This document shows, piece by piece, positions 7,776 to 20,164 of a stretch of 61,312 nucleotides of DNA. Position 1 is the first letter of the stretch. The number at the start of each line of letters is the position of its first letter. Position numbers and translations under genes: made by a program. Under the pieces are notes generated by a model, which saw only the letters and a program-made list of their open reading frames with translations, did no database searches and was not told the DNA's origin. This DNA is from Candidatus Bathyarchaeota archaeon (GTDB lineage Archaea > Thermoproteota > Bathyarchaeia > Bathyarchaeales > Bathycorpusculaceae): positions 1-61,312 of the forward strand of contig CAVTZU010000016.1 of the NCBI GenBank assembly GCA_963739305.1. Direction: 5' to 3'.

Positions 7776-10700
7776 TTATTTCCTTTTTCTTTTTGTGGAC
7801 ACCAAAACGACGCTGAGCATTCCTATCAGAAATGCGTATGCTGCGAATCCGATCGTGATCTTTTGCCTGGAGAGTGATACTGAGTTGCCTCCGACCGGAG
7901 GCTGGCCGATCACTGTTATGCTTGCGTCAGCTGAGTAGACTGTGTTGTTGAGGGCGTCCGTGACTTTCAGGTGTACGAAATGCAGGCCGAAACCGGTGGG
8001 CGTGACCATCCATGTGCTTGCAATGGCGCCTGACACTGGTGATCCGTCCAAGTACCATTGGTACTGGTACGGTGATTTTCCTCCAGTCACGGTCGACGTG
8101 AACTGTATTGATTGCCCCAAGTTGATTGTCGTAGTCATGGGGCTTATGCTGACTGTTGGCAGTGGTGGCGCTGGTAGAAATACTGCTTTCAGGCTGTGGT
8201 TTGCGTTCATTATCACTGTGTATGGGTTGTTTGAAGCGCTGACGTTTGTTCCGTCGTATTCCCAGTGGTCAAGTACGTATCCTGAGTTTGCAATTGCTGT
8301 GACCTGGACGTTCTGGCCTGATGTGTAGTTGTAGGCTTCTGGTGACGGGTTTGTTGTGCCGCCCGGGGTCGTTGTTATCGTCAGCACGTACGGTGTCGTT
8401 GCGTTGTAGTAAGCCTGCGTGCTGTAGGGGGCGTTCATCGTTATTGTTATTGGGTTCGTTCCTGCTCCTTGAGGAGCGCCGTTGATGTACCAACGATCGA
8501 ACGTGTAGTTAGGAACTGCCGGCGCTGTCAGTGTTACGACGGCAGATTGGTTGTACCATCCTTCTCCTGGGATTGTCACGATTCCAGGCGGGTTGGTTCC
8601 GACTGTTACATAATATTGAATCTGGTAGCTTCCGACTATGCTGCCAAACGTTGTTGCTATGATCGTGTCGCTCTGAGTCGTCGACAAGCCTGCTGTTCCA
8701 GTCCACACGTAGCGCTCGGCGTTGGGCGAAACCACGAGCGGAGATTTGAATTCAAGAGTGTGTGTCGTTCCGTTGTCCCAGGCAAGGGTTGTTGGGAGAC
8801 CAGAGTAGTTGTAGTCAATAGTGTCTATCGTCACGACGGTGCCCGTGAAGTCGGAGCCGACGCCTAACTGGTTGATTGTCACCAAGTATTGTGCGACATA
8901 GTTCGCTGTAACGTTCTTGCCTTCATCTATGATGATTGTTGTTGGTGATCTTGAAGGGTCGCCGATTTCACTCATGTTGGTGGTTGTCCATCCGTTGAAT
9001 CTGTATCGGGATGAGCCAGGGATGATGTCGACGTAACCGGGCGTGCTTATCGTGACGTTTGCTCCCGCGTCGAACCAGCCTGTGCCTGGCGGGGAGCTGA
9101 CGCCTGGCGGGTCAGTGACTAGAGCTAGATAGTATTGTGTCTTGTAATTTCCTGTAATGCTTCCTGAATGGAGATCGTTAGAGATCCACTCTGTGAGGTC
9201 GCTAGGCCGCTGGTGCTGGTCCAAACGTACCTGTTTGACGTTGGGTGTGACCAGTAACGGTGATTAGTATGAGAACGTGTGAACTGAGCTTGTGCTCCAC
9301 CAGAAGGACACTGGGAGGTCAGTCACGCCGTAGTCCGTTCCGTCAATTGTGACGACTGTTCCTGTGAAGTCTGATGCGACTCCAGTCTGAGTGAAGGTGA
9401 CTTGGAGCATTGTTTCAGTGGCATAATTGCCTGTCACGCTTCCGGAGCTGGTGACCGTTAACGTGCCACTCTGGAGTGTCGTGAGTCCTGTTGTGGATGA
9501 CCAAGTGTACTGTCGGCTTGCGTTTACGATGAGTGGTGAATTATATGAGAAGGTGTGAGGTGAGCCGTTGTCCCACCAGAACGAGGCTGGCAACAGGCTG
9601 GCTGTGTACGGGTTCGAGTCGATGGTCACTACGGTGCCCGTGAAGTCGGGGCCGACTCCTGTTTGGCTAAAGGTGACTTGATACTGGGTCTTCCAGTTCC
9701 AAGTGACGCTTGATGCAGTAGTTATGGTGAACGTGAAAGAAGATGAAACCCCTGATGCAGGAACACTTCCGCTTCCGGTCCATCCTGTACAGGCGTATTG
9801 AAGGTTGGGGCCACCCGAAACAGGTGAAGAGACAGACTCGGTTATGATCGAACCTGAGTCAAACCAACCGTTTAGGGGCGTAGGTGAGCCGTAGGGAGAA
9901 GAGACTGTGAGGTAGTACTGGGTCTTGTAGTTGCCGATTATGCTTCCGTACGTTGTGATTGTTATTGAGCCGCTTTGGAGAGAGGTTAATCCTGTTGTGC
10001 TGGTCCAAATGTACTGTGCCGTGGTTGAGCCGACGATGAGTGGTGATTGGAAGGCGAAGCTGTGGTTGGATCCGAGGCTCCATGAGAACATTATCGGGAG
10101 TTGGGTCTTGGTGTAGGCGACTGAGTCAATCGTTACTACAGTTCCTGTGAAGTCAGGGTTGACGCCTACTTGGTCGAAAGTGACTTCGTTCTGAACTAGG
10201 TAGTTTCCGATTACGCTTCCTGAAGCTGTCGCCGTTAGCGTTCCGCTTTGTAGAGTTCCAGGCCAGAGGTTGAGCTCCAAACGTACTGTTTGCTGCCGAC
10301 GATGAGAGGAGACGCAAAGGAAAAGCTGTGTGTGGAGCCGTTGTCATACCAAGTGTTGAACGGCAGACTGCTTACGCCGTGGTTGACGCTGTCAACTGTC
10401 ACGACTGTGCCTAGAAAGTCTGAGCCGACACCAGATTGACTGAATGTCACTTGATACTGGGTCTTCCAGTTCCAAGTTATGCTTGATGCAGTAGTTATGG
10501 TGAAGACAACGAAAAGTCCCGAGCCGGAAAACGGGACGTTTCCCGTTCCAGTCCAGCCAGTGCAGACATACTGCGTACCGGCCCCGCCTAAAACGGGCGA
10601 AGTCACGGATTCCGTTATGTTGGAGCCGGAGTCAAACCAACCGCTGTTTGGTGTTGGCGAATGTACGGAGACGTGACGGTCAGGCGGTATTGGGTTTTGT

Positions 10701-12306
10701 AGTTGCCAGTCACGTTGGTTGGCGAAGTAATTGTGATTGGCGAGGATGAACCTGTGACGCCTGTGAGAATGAATTGCTTGCCCGTGGTAGAGCTTGAGAT
10801 TGTCGGGTTACATGAGTAAGTTATGTAACTGCCGCTGTCAACCCAGAAACTGTAGGTAGTTGAGTATACGTTTTTGACGTGCTGTTTACAGTTACCACTG
10901 TTCCAGTTGCTGTCGCGTCCAAGCCTGTTTGGGCAAAGGTGATCAGGTTCTGGAAACATAGTTTCCGCAAACGATTGTCGAGCTGGAAACGATTATCGGC
11001 GAAGATGGGCCAGTAACGCTGCTTGATCTGTACTGCTTTCCGGAAACGCCGCTGGAAACCGTTGAGCCGTATGTATATGTGATGATGTCGCCGGAGTCGG
11101 CCCAATAGGTGAAAGGTAAGTCACTGTAAGTTTTCGCGGTGCCGTTTACGGTCACGACTGTCCCGGTTGCATCTGAAGATAGACCAATCTGACTAAACGC
11201 CACTGGATACTGCAGCACGTAGTGTGCAGTGGCTGTATGGTTTCCTAGCATCGCTACTGTTATGGGGTTCAAGCCGATGCTCTGCGAAGCGCCGTCTATG
11301 TCCCAGTAGCTGAATCTGTAGCGTGAGGTAGTCGTAGTGTTTTCGTAACTTGGAGCCGTAAGGACAACGTTTGTGCCCTTGTTATACCATCCTTGACCAG
11401 GAATCGTTGAGAGACTGCTTGGGGCGGTCCTGACAGTTAGGTAATATTGTACTGGCGGTGGCGGACAGAATAGTCCTACTATTATGGGATGCGATTCGGT
11501 CGGAGACACTCCATGACCTGGTATGTCGTTCACTTCTATGACGTATTGCGATGCGGAGGGATCCCACATTGCCTGATGCCCAGAGAGATAATTGTGCGTC
11601 TCCACTGCGCCATTGTTATATGAGTATACGTGAGTTGTTTCGTTTGGCCAGTAGGTTACGTAGGATGCCCATTCGATCTTGAAGTAAACTTCCCAACAAC
11701 CAGGTTTGATATCGAAACCTATGTTACTTGCGCCTTGGCGAAGGGTCGAAGCTGTATAGCCAGGATTCCTGTACTTCTGGGCCGAAGTGCTGGCCAAATT
11801 TGGCGCCGTCATGTTATCATACTTGATCTCGATGCTACTAGGTCCCGCGGGGATCGGTATCCAAGACCCTGCATTTTTGTAGTAGGCTGTGACTTTGGCG
11901 TTTGACAGCGGGGTAAGTGTTCCGGCGAAGACTACCCTGAAAAGACGACTGTGCTGACTTGGACAACAGCTGCCGCAGAGTCGGTTGCACCGTTATTGTC
12001 CGTGATGGTTAATTGTACCGTGTAGGTGCCGTCCAGAAGGTAGGAATGTGTAACGATAGGCGAGGACGACGTCCGCACGGTTCCGTCTCCGAAATCCCAC
12101 GTATAAATGACGATATTGCCGGACGTAGCATGGCTTCAAGAAGCGTCAAATACTATGACATCGCCGGGCATAGGAGCGGTTGGAGAATAAGTGAAATATG
12201 CTGTTGGGCTGGCTGGACCGAGGATTTGACCTTTTCCAGTGGCCGCAAAAAGAACCATAGCGATGAATAGTGCTAAAGCTAACACGCTAAGTGGCCTAGC
12301 CTTCAC
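7776..12306 (-). CDS. Large (~1500 aa) cell-surface protein with PKD and repeated beta-rich domains, C-terminal PVGG + TM; broken by several indels and one in-frame TGA
   Basis: GTG 12306 gives a signal peptide (MKARPLSVLALALFIAMVLFAA) and PKD domain (YTWDFGDG...THSY..DGTYTVQLTITDNNG). It continues through ORFs 10943-11812, 10821-11105, 10615-10959, 10235-10606, 9264-10280 and 7776-9224, ending PPVGG...TM...KRKRK. TGA at 12136-12138. Confidence 0.75.
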
Positions 12307-12350
12307 AGTCTCTCCTTCTCCTCTGGTAGATATATTTGCAGGCTGGAAGC

Positions 12351-12378
12351 CTTTTAAACATTTTGGAATTATGTTCTA
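12351..12378 (-). promoter_or_regulatory. Conserved upstream box + TATA
   Basis: Minus strand TAGAACATAATTCC-AAAATGT-TTAAAAG, upstream of GTG 12306. Confidence 0.6.
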
Positions 12379-12599
12379 TGTGATTCTTCTCTTTGTTTCG
12401 GATGATATGATGTGCGCGATACGCTTTGACAAATTATACGTTTTGAAGTTTTCATTGATTCTGTAGACTGATATGTCCGAAAATTCATGGAAGTTGAGCA
12501 TATTCGAGCACTCAGCACGCAACTTGAATTAAAGAAACAAATATTCCATAGAAACATGGTCCAATGAACAGAAGAACAAGAACTTGAGTTCTTATTAGA

Positions 12600-13328
12600 T
12601 CAAGTCTGATCCTCGGTATCAATGACGGGTTCAAACTCTGCTCTTTTCTTCTCCGCTTTCGGAGGTCTCGGGTTTGCGTAGACATAGATTATTACAGATG
12701 CTACGCCCAGTACTCCCACTTCACCGTAGATCAGCATTGTTTGAAAGCCTGTTGAAGCCCACGCTGGTGGAGGCGGTCCCTCATTTGTGATTAGTCCGTT
12801 GACCTCGTTATGGTCCATTATCGTGTTTCCCTGGTCTGCAACGACGCTTTGGGTTACGCCTGCAGACGGTGGGTTAAGCTCTATGGTGGAAGTGCCGACA
12901 CGAACCACCGTGAAATTAATTGCCAGAATCACTCCTGTACCGTTGACGAACTTTGCTGAACCGGGTGCGAAAAAGTCGGCGACAATCATGACTCCTTTAC
13001 TAAAGTTCATTTCATTGAAAACCATTATCGTCGAAGCATTTACCGTTTTAAAGAATGGGCCTTCTCGAACCTCGACGGGTGGACCTCCAACATAGGGAGG
13101 TTGACCGCTCGTCACATTAAGGTAATATGGATCCCAGGTCAATTTTATCTGCCATCCTGAGCAAGTGGACACCTTGGTCAGCGTGAAGTTAACCAGCACG
13201 GTCGAACCCGCTTCGCTTACATTGTAGATCTTGTCCACGCTTAGTACTGCCTGAGTTGGACGAAGGTATAGGTATGCTGCGAGAATGAGTAGTACGGCCA
13301 ACACGAGGAATAGCAGTTTGCGCTTCAA
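12600..13328 (-). CDS. Cohesin-domain protein with C-terminal TM (candidate anchoring scaffoldin)
   Basis: N-terminal hydrophobic helix; cohesin-like V.VNFTL..V....GWQIKLTWDP..LNV...EGPF...GTGVILAINFTV...G.STIEL; Pro linker; TM; charged tail. Confidence 0.72.
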   Translation of the reverse strand: MKRKLLFLVLAVLLILAAYLYLRPTQAVLSVDKIYNVSEAGSTVLVNFTLTKVSTCSGWQIKLTWDPYYLNVTSGQPPYVGGPPVEVREGPFFKTVNASTIMVFNEMNFSKGVMIVADFFAPGSAKFVNGTGVILAINFTVVRVGTSTIELNPPSAGVTQSVVADQGNTIMDHNEVNGLITNEGPPPPAWASTGFQTMLIYGEVGVLGVASVIIYVYANPRPPKAEKKRAEFEPVIDTEDQT

Positions 13329-13469
13329 TTCTGTTCACCTTGGCATGGTATAGTGAATGCTTTTATATTTTAACTTGTTGTTCCAGATGGCCTTCAAGAA
13401 GATGGATGCTTTTTGATTGATAACGAAAAAGAAAAAGAGATGGTGCTTCCGACTTTGTTCGGCTAGTGT

Positions 13470-14486
13470 CTAGAGTCGTCTGCGGCGTCGAAGTGCGTAG
13501 GCGATGAGCGTTGTGGCCATCAGCAACGGAATGAAGAGCAACGTGAATTCGGGGATTGTGCCAATTATTGTTACCGGTTCCTCGCTGAGGTGAGCTGTGA
13601 AGTAAAGGTATGTGTTCGTCGTGTCATTTGTGACTTGTGGAGTCACTCGGTACTCCGTTGACGTTGACTGTCCAATTTCCAGCAGGGCTGTTCATCAAAG
13701 CCTATCGGGATAGTCACGTTCACGTATCCTGTGTCCCCGTTAGTGCCGGTGAGATTGAACGATAGACTCCAAGTTGGTGGACCTCCGACGAATGCAACTG
13801 TACCGTTTACGACCGTCTCGTTTGAGACTGTTGTGACGTTGTAGGTTTGACTGTTCCACTGAATGGGGGTCACCACTGGTGTTTACGATTTGGTGGCCCG
13901 TAGATCCTGTAGGTCGCGTTCACAGCGCTAATGGGGATAGAAGCAACACCGGTGACGTCGCCAGCTTTGGCAACCGTGAGCGTGAAAGGGCACGTCGACA
14001 TATGAGCCGACAGCAGGGATCTGTGTCACGTTGAAAGTCATCAATGCAGCTGCCAATTCACCAGTAACGTTTATCGGACAATAACCGTCAGCTTGCGCCG
14101 AAATTAGGTCTTGATATGTATAGGCATACGTGACGCTTTGGTTGTCCTTCTTGAGGTTGAGCTTCCATATGTTGTCTTGGTGCGCTGATGGTGTCACCGT
14201 TGCGTAGAGGTTTTCGTTGAGAGTCAAGCAGGTTACTACGCCGGCGGTCCAGTTGAGCGTAAATTGCAGGCCGGCCAGTCCTGTGATGTTTGCTATCGAA
14301 ACGTTAACGGCTGAACTGAGCGCCGGTGGCACTTGCTTGAATCGTTGCGGATGGGGGTTCAACAAGAAGCGTTGCCCCTGTTTGAGCCGAAGCTGGACGT
14401 ATGGTCGTGGCGGAGTAGAATATCGTTGAAATCATTAGTATGCTTATTATGAGCCATGGAAGTTTTCTAATTTTCATGTTAGTCAT
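13470..14486 (-). CDS. Cohesin-domain protein with PEF-CTERM sorting signal, frameshifted
   Basis: Signal peptide (ORF 14304-14486); cohesin (VNVSIANITGLAGLQFTLNW...GELAAALMTFNV, ORF 13928-14365); second domain (ORF 13643-13876); C-terminus GTIPEFTLLFIPLLMATTLIAYALRRRRRL* with TAG at 13470-13472. Confidence 0.75.
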
Positions 14487-14632
14487 TTTAAACTACACCT
14501 TTTTTATGATTTCTTTGTTGGATGTATTTAACACTTATTGTCAGATAACGTCCGATTCCTTAAGCACGTCAGTGTTGGAGTTAGATATTGAGAATCCGTT
14601 GCTCGACCATTTAGAGGAAGAAAAAGAGTTTT

Positions 14633-15885
14633 TCACTTGAGTTTTCTGAACTTTCTTTTTCGGGATCCTCTTATAAAGTAATATCCGAGAACGGGTATCC
14701 ATACTGCCGGCACGATTATTGCAAAGACAAGTTCGAGTGGAAGATTGAAAGGCGGCGAAGCTGGACTGATTGTCACGGTCAGCGTCTTCGCTGCAGAGTA
14801 TCGTGCGAAGTCTGTCACGTTCAATGTCACGTCGTAGGATCCGGGTTCCCTGTACAAGTGACTGACTAGAGCCGCCCGTTTCATTCGTCGTCTCGTTTGT
14901 GCCGTCACCGAAGTCCCAGTGGTAGGATGCGATTCCTGAAGCATTATCTGTGCTTGCGGCGGCGCTGAAGTTGAGATTCCATCTGAAGTTTCCGAACACG
15001 TATTCTGCCGTTGGTGGTTGCGGAGAGTATGTGAAAGCGACTGATGGCGGAGTTGTGTCTGTGATGAAGTTGACTGGGTCTGAGGCACCCATTTTGCCTC
15101 CGGTATCGTTCGCATACACGATGAGAGTGTGGTTTCCGTCTGACGTCTGTATGTTGGTATTCGTCAAGATCGTAACGTTTGAGTGCCCGTCAATGCTGTA
15201 TCCGATCCAGACGGTTTGTTTGCTCAATGTGAACGTCAGGTTCACATTGTTTGAGTTGTATGTGGCGTTATTGATTGGTGAGGAAATTAGTATTTCCGTA
15301 GCGGGGTTTCCGACTCTTACCGTGCCATTGATGGTCGTGTAGGGCATCGAAATGTCTGCATGCGCTTCGTCGCCGATCTTGACCAAAGCGAAAGTGAGGT
15401 GTGAACTGCCGATGCGCGTTCCATTGAACGTGACCACGGCAACTGTGTGATTTCCTGTTATCGGTGAGTAGCCGGCTGCATCTGCGTCGATTATGTTCTG
15501 GAAAGTATAGGTATATTTCAGATTGCCAGCGGTGTTGTTTATGTTTTGCTGTATTGCCCAGATGTTGTCCCAGTTGGCTTCAGGGGTTACCGAGTGGAAA
15601 AGGACGTCAGTCATGTTTATCCCCGTCAAAACCGTGGGGTCCCATACGAGGCCGATTTCAAAACCGACCGCTCCGTCCGGAGACGGGAAGATTGGGGAGA
15701 TTGCCGATTTGGATTGTAACGTTGAATAGTTGGCCTACGCCGACGATTGTTTCTGGCGGATCAATCCATAAGACTGCTTGGTCTATCGCATGTGATCTTG
15801 AAACGGCTCCGTAGAAGCCAAGGGCCATGATTAGAATAAACAGCATGGAATATCTAAACGCGTTGGTGCGTTTCAGATTGAACAC
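14633..15885 (-). CDS. Cohesin + Ig-like + PKD protein with C-terminal TM, frameshifted
   Basis: Signal region and LWIDPP...GQLFNVTIQI (ORF 15658-15930); cohesin, ISSP.N.TY Ig domain and YHWDFGDG PKD (ORF 14541-15629); SHLY.EPGSY...TM...RKRKFRKLK (ORF 14633-15115). Confidence 0.72.
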
Positions 15886-15992
15886 CTTGAAGACAGAAGT
15901 ACGATGTGCAACATTTAAGTTTATCGACATTCATCCTGAAATGTCAAACAACTCATTTTGAGGGTCTGTTGAGAAAAAGAGGGGTGGATTTT

Positions 15993-17872
15993 TTATATTC
16001 TTTGACCGAAGTGTCCAGCAAGAATGATTATGTCGTAGATGTCAACCACTCCGTCTCCGTTTAAGTCAGCGTTGGGGTTCCAGTTGGGATCTCCTGGCTT
16101 GGACCCATAGGCTCCTGCTGCAAGCAGTGCATCGTAGATGTCGACGACGTCGTCTCCGTTGATGTCTCCTTGAATCTTCAGTTTGACGATGCCACCGGTG
16201 AGCGTGTTATCGGATACATGTGTTTCGAATGGGAGTGGCGGTATCTGTGCACTTAAGACGTACTTTCCATACGGTACTCCCGTAGTATACCACACGAATG
16301 TGATTGTGGCGTTGGTGTTTGGCGCAAGTCCCGTGACGTTCAGTGTGGTGAGCAGGGTGCTGTTGTAGTAGACGTATACGGGGAAGTTTTCTGTGATGTT
16401 TCCTTCGTTCGTGACGGTGATCGAGACGTTTGTGTCGCCACCCTGATAGAGCACGTCTGGAGATGCAGAAATGTCGACGATTCCGACGTCTATTATTAGG
16501 CTCTGGAAGAATCCGTTGTGCACTTCGTGGGTTATCGGTTGACCACCAGAGTCGACGAGTTGCGTGTCCGTGAGCGTTAGGTTGGTCGCGCCTAATGATT
16601 TCACTCTGAATTTGATTGTAACGAGCGTGGTTGCTGCATCGATGTTTATGGGAACAGCGGGAGAATAGTAGGTGACGTTTATGAACACGAATCCCTGTGT
16701 GTTGTCGATCATCTGGTTCGGAATGTAGTGGGTTTCATTCATGACATCCTGCACTTCGACTTGAAGACACACTAGGACGTTAGGGTCAAAACTCAAGTTG
16801 AACTGATAACCGTACAAGTCTCGGACTTCCGCGAGCGTCACGTTGACTTTGAAGGTTGCAGGCGGAACTAGCGTTGGGTCTATTAATACAGGAGGGTCGA
16901 TGGCTAGCTTAGCGACGAGGATATTGTCGAAGGCTCCATCCGAAGATGTGAAAGCCAGAGAAGAGCCGAGGGAATCGATCAGTTGGATGCTGTATAGGTG
17001 AAGCACCGTCGTTCCCAAGTTTTGAACATGGAAGCTGATCTGAGCGAGGACGCCGTTACCGTCGAGCGAGCTGGAAGAAGAAACATTAAACTTCACGAAT
17101 CCAGTCGCGTTGTCGATCTGGGTTGTCACTGTGGCTGAAAGCGGTATGAAGCTGCCCCGGGTTATTGAGTTCGCATTCAATAGAGTTGCGTTGAAGCTAA
17201 GACTGAACTCGAGTCCGTAAACGCCTGAGGCGTTTGTGATGTCAACGTTGAATTTGAAGTCGCTTCCAGGCGTCATGCTGACGTTGGATATACTTGCTGG
17301 GTCCGCGCGGGACAAGGCAGGCGGTGTTGGTCGAGCGTTGTTGAAGAATCCGTCAAATGTGTCATCGGCAACGGGTTCCGAGTGGGATCTCCGAGTTTTG
17401 ACACGTAGAAGTGGAGCATGGTCTTTCCGATTCCCATTACTTTGAGTGTGATGTTCGCCACGATGTAGCTTCCATTTATCGGTGCGTAACCAGCGTCTGA
17501 CGCTGCAGTTATGTCTTGGAAGGTGTAGGCATCGCATGACCCAGCCGTTGGAAACGATGTTTTTGATTGCCCATATGTTGCTGGACTCGTTCGGCGGCGT
17601 AACTTGGTGGAACATGATGTCCTGCAGTACCATTCCGTTCAATATGACAAGGTACCATCGCATTTGGGACTTTGGACCCCTGCCAACGGGCGGCATTGTC
17701 AATTTTGACCGTTATGTTGAAGGTTGAAGTGGGAACGAGCACCTGATTGATGATGCTCGGTCGGTCAATGGCGAGCCTTATGGGATTCGTTGCGAGCGCG
17801 TGCGGAGCAAGCGTGAAAGCAATAGGGCAGTAAGAGGATAGCGGGAAAGAGTACACTGAGTTTCTTATGCAT
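15993..17872 (-). CDS. Three cohesins + CARDB-like Ig + dockerin (candidate adaptor scaffoldin), 5' part frameshifted
   Basis: ATG 17872 signal peptide; cohesins STFNITVKI..., FKFNVDI.N....YGLEFSLSFNATLL...GNGVLAQISF and FKVNVTL..V.DLYGYQFNLSFDPNVL; DVGIVDI...N.G...ENF CARDB; GDINGDDVVDIYDA...ADLNGDGVVDIYDI dockerin. Confidence 0.85.
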
Positions 17873-17908
17873 TTTTCCTTCTCCTTAATATGGGTATATC
17901 CCAGTTTT

Positions 17909-17936
17909 GTTATAAACGTTCTGGAATCTTGTTCCA
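17909..17936 (-). promoter_or_regulatory. Conserved upstream box + TATA
   Basis: Minus strand TGGAACAAGATTCC-AGAACGT-TTATAAC. Confidence 0.6.
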
Positions 17937-18098
17937 GTCTGGTTGCGCGACGATGCAAATAATTCATAACTCGAATTTGCAAGGAAACTGGCGGGACTAT
18001 CTTTTGAAAATGGTACGGACAAATTATTTAGAGGATGCCCGATGCTGATTCATTGAAAAATAAAAAATGGAGATGTTTGATGATGCGTCTTTTTAGGC

Positions 18099-19979
18099 CT
18101 AGAAAGCTAGGAGTATGAATCGGCGTTGGTGCATATCCGAGCCACTGGGTAAAGGTAAGAAACCGCTTTCTACGGTTCCACCTAGGAATGGCCAGTAGCT
18201 AAGAAATACGTGTGCAACTTCACCCTAGTCCTGCACGAGGCAAAATTTTGGAATGTTCAGCGTCAATACGTCTGTGAAGTTCTTGTACTGGCAGAATATT
18301 GTTCCACCGATTGTCACTTGCTTGGATGTGAAAGCGAATGGTACACCGGTTTCGTCTAGGCCGGTGACTGTGATTGTTACGTTGTAGAATTGTTGTGCTT
18401 GCGATCCGTAACTAACAGTGGCTGTAATTGTATTGTTGACAGTGTGGTCGTAGGTAGTTTTGTCTAATGTGACTTTCCAGATTTGTACCAGATAGTCGTA
18501 GTGGAACTGTACCGTGTCGTTTACGATGTTGCATGCGACGTCGACTGTGCCGACTATTTTCCACACGCCTATGTACTGTTCTGGGTTGACGCATGGCCAT
18601 GGAAGTCTGAAGCTTGTTGTTGGGATGCCGTTTGCGTTTGTTCTAGCGTATATGACGCCCCAGGTGTTGCCCAAATTGTCGATGATTTGGAAGGCAACAT
18701 CCTTCTGTTGTTCAGGATATCCGTTGTACGTGACGTTTGCAAAGATTGTAACGTCATTCTGCGGCCAGAACATGTCGGCTGGGTTGTTCGGTCCTTGTCC
18801 ACCGTATGGGGCTGGATAAGGTGTGCCGTCTTGTCCGACGAAGACATCGATTGCTCGGCCTGTGACTAGGGGCTGTATGCTGTAGGATCCGCTAACTGTA
18901 TGGGCCGTATCTACTGCTATGACGCCGCCAGTTATGTCGCCAACCTTCAGGTCATAGAGATTCAGAGCGCTTCCAAGCACTAATGGGAATAGCGCCTTGC
19001 GCGGTTGCGTTGAACTCGATGTATGCCAAGGGTGTGTGGTTTGGATCTGGTGCTGACCGATACGGAGCGTGCCAAGTGCCGTTGACATCTGGCAACACGA
19101 CGTCTCCAATCTGCACATAGCCTGCACCACTGGTCGTCAAACATAATATAAAATAGTATGGCGCTCCACCGAATGCTGGTAGCCATGGTCCTTCAAACAT
19201 GCCTAAGAGTTGCGGATGCTGAATCGTTGTGGCATTCAGTTTGAACTCGAAGCCAATTGTTGCCCCAGAGGGACGTAAGGTTGTTGACGCAACTACGCTT
19301 CACGTTGAATACTTGACCGACCGCCGTTGCCGTGTAAGTTGATGGTTCACCGTATAGTATGGGCCTAGTGTCGGTGCAACCCAGTTCAGCTGGTATAGTC
19401 CGTTCGTGACTGTTACGGCCAATGGGGTTTTCAGCTTATGTCACCTATTTTCACGTTCGACAACGTGAAAGCGGTGGAAGACGCTCCCGTGGAACGGCGC
19501 GGGCACCATCGCCTTGAACACAAACGACGCCATTGCGATTGGTGACGTAATGTTCGCTGGTGCAGAGCCGTCAGCCTGTGCCAAGGTTAGGTCTTGCCAT
19601 GTCTGAGAGTAGTTTGCTGTTCCAGCAACGTTGCTGAATGCCAGTTTAAGATTCCATATGTTGGCAAGGTCTGTTACGTTTGTAATTTGGTGCATCAGTA
19701 CCTCTGTCATGCTCACTACATTCAAGACTGTTGGATCCCACGAGAGGTCAAATCAGCCACCGGCAAATCCAGCGTTTAATGGCACAGAAAAGCCATTGAT
19801 TGTGACGTTCACCATGAACGTGCTGCCAACGTTGAAGCTGTTTGGCGGTGGGAATATGCTGCTCGGTGGGTCCACGTATACGATCCAGGAACAGCTGCCT
19901 TTGCTGGGAACATCGCTGCGATTCCAAATAGCATTGTTGCAATCATCAATATAGATAGAATTCTAGCGATTGATTTCAT
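18099..19979 (-). CDS. Secreted protein with two cohesin-like domains and uncharacterised C-terminal beta domains, heavily frameshifted
   Basis: ATG 19979 signal peptide; fragments 19441-19725, 18952-19200 and 18225-19130 give cohesin-like segments (MASFVFK; FEGPWL...PDVNGTW...LAYIEFNAT) and GRAIDVF...YGGQGPNNPADMFWPQ. The 3' end position is approximate. Confidence 0.65.
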
Positions 19980-20030
19980 TATGTTTTCTCCCTTCTCCTT
20001 TTTGTTCACCTATTACATCTCTATTCTCCC

Positions 20031-20058
20031 AATTTAAGGATTCTGGAATTATCTTCTA
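20031..20058 (-). promoter_or_regulatory. Conserved upstream box + TATA
   Basis: Minus strand TAGAAGATAATTCC-AGAATCC-TTAAATT. Confidence 0.6.
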
Positions 20059-20127
20059 GCCCACTCGTGAATCAGAAAGAACAACATTATCCAGAATAGA
20101 ATGTGTATCACTTGAGATATTGAAAAC

Positions 20128-20140
20128 AAAAAAGGGGGAA
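20128..20140 (-). terminator. Pyrimidine/oligo-T terminator-like tract
   Basis: Minus strand TTCCCCCTTTTTT about 25 nt after the SBP stop. Similar C-rich + oligo-T tracts follow other minus-strand genes (15974-15987, 34165-34180, 45486-45505, 47390-47408). Confidence 0.45.
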
Positions 20141-20164
20141 ATGAGGATTTTTTCCTTCGCCTGT

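Noticed and set aside
12136-12138. In-frame TGA in the PKD domain (FDAS*S) as selenocysteine or programmed readthrough
   Set aside because: The position is not a catalytic Cys site, and the gene has many other breaks. A single-base error or mutation (for example from TGG or GGA) is simpler.
14541-14555. Imperfect palindrome TCAGA-TAACG-TCCGA upstream of the PEF-cohesin gene
   Set aside because: It does not match the TRGAA-N5-TTCC box or its spacing, and a single instance is not enough.
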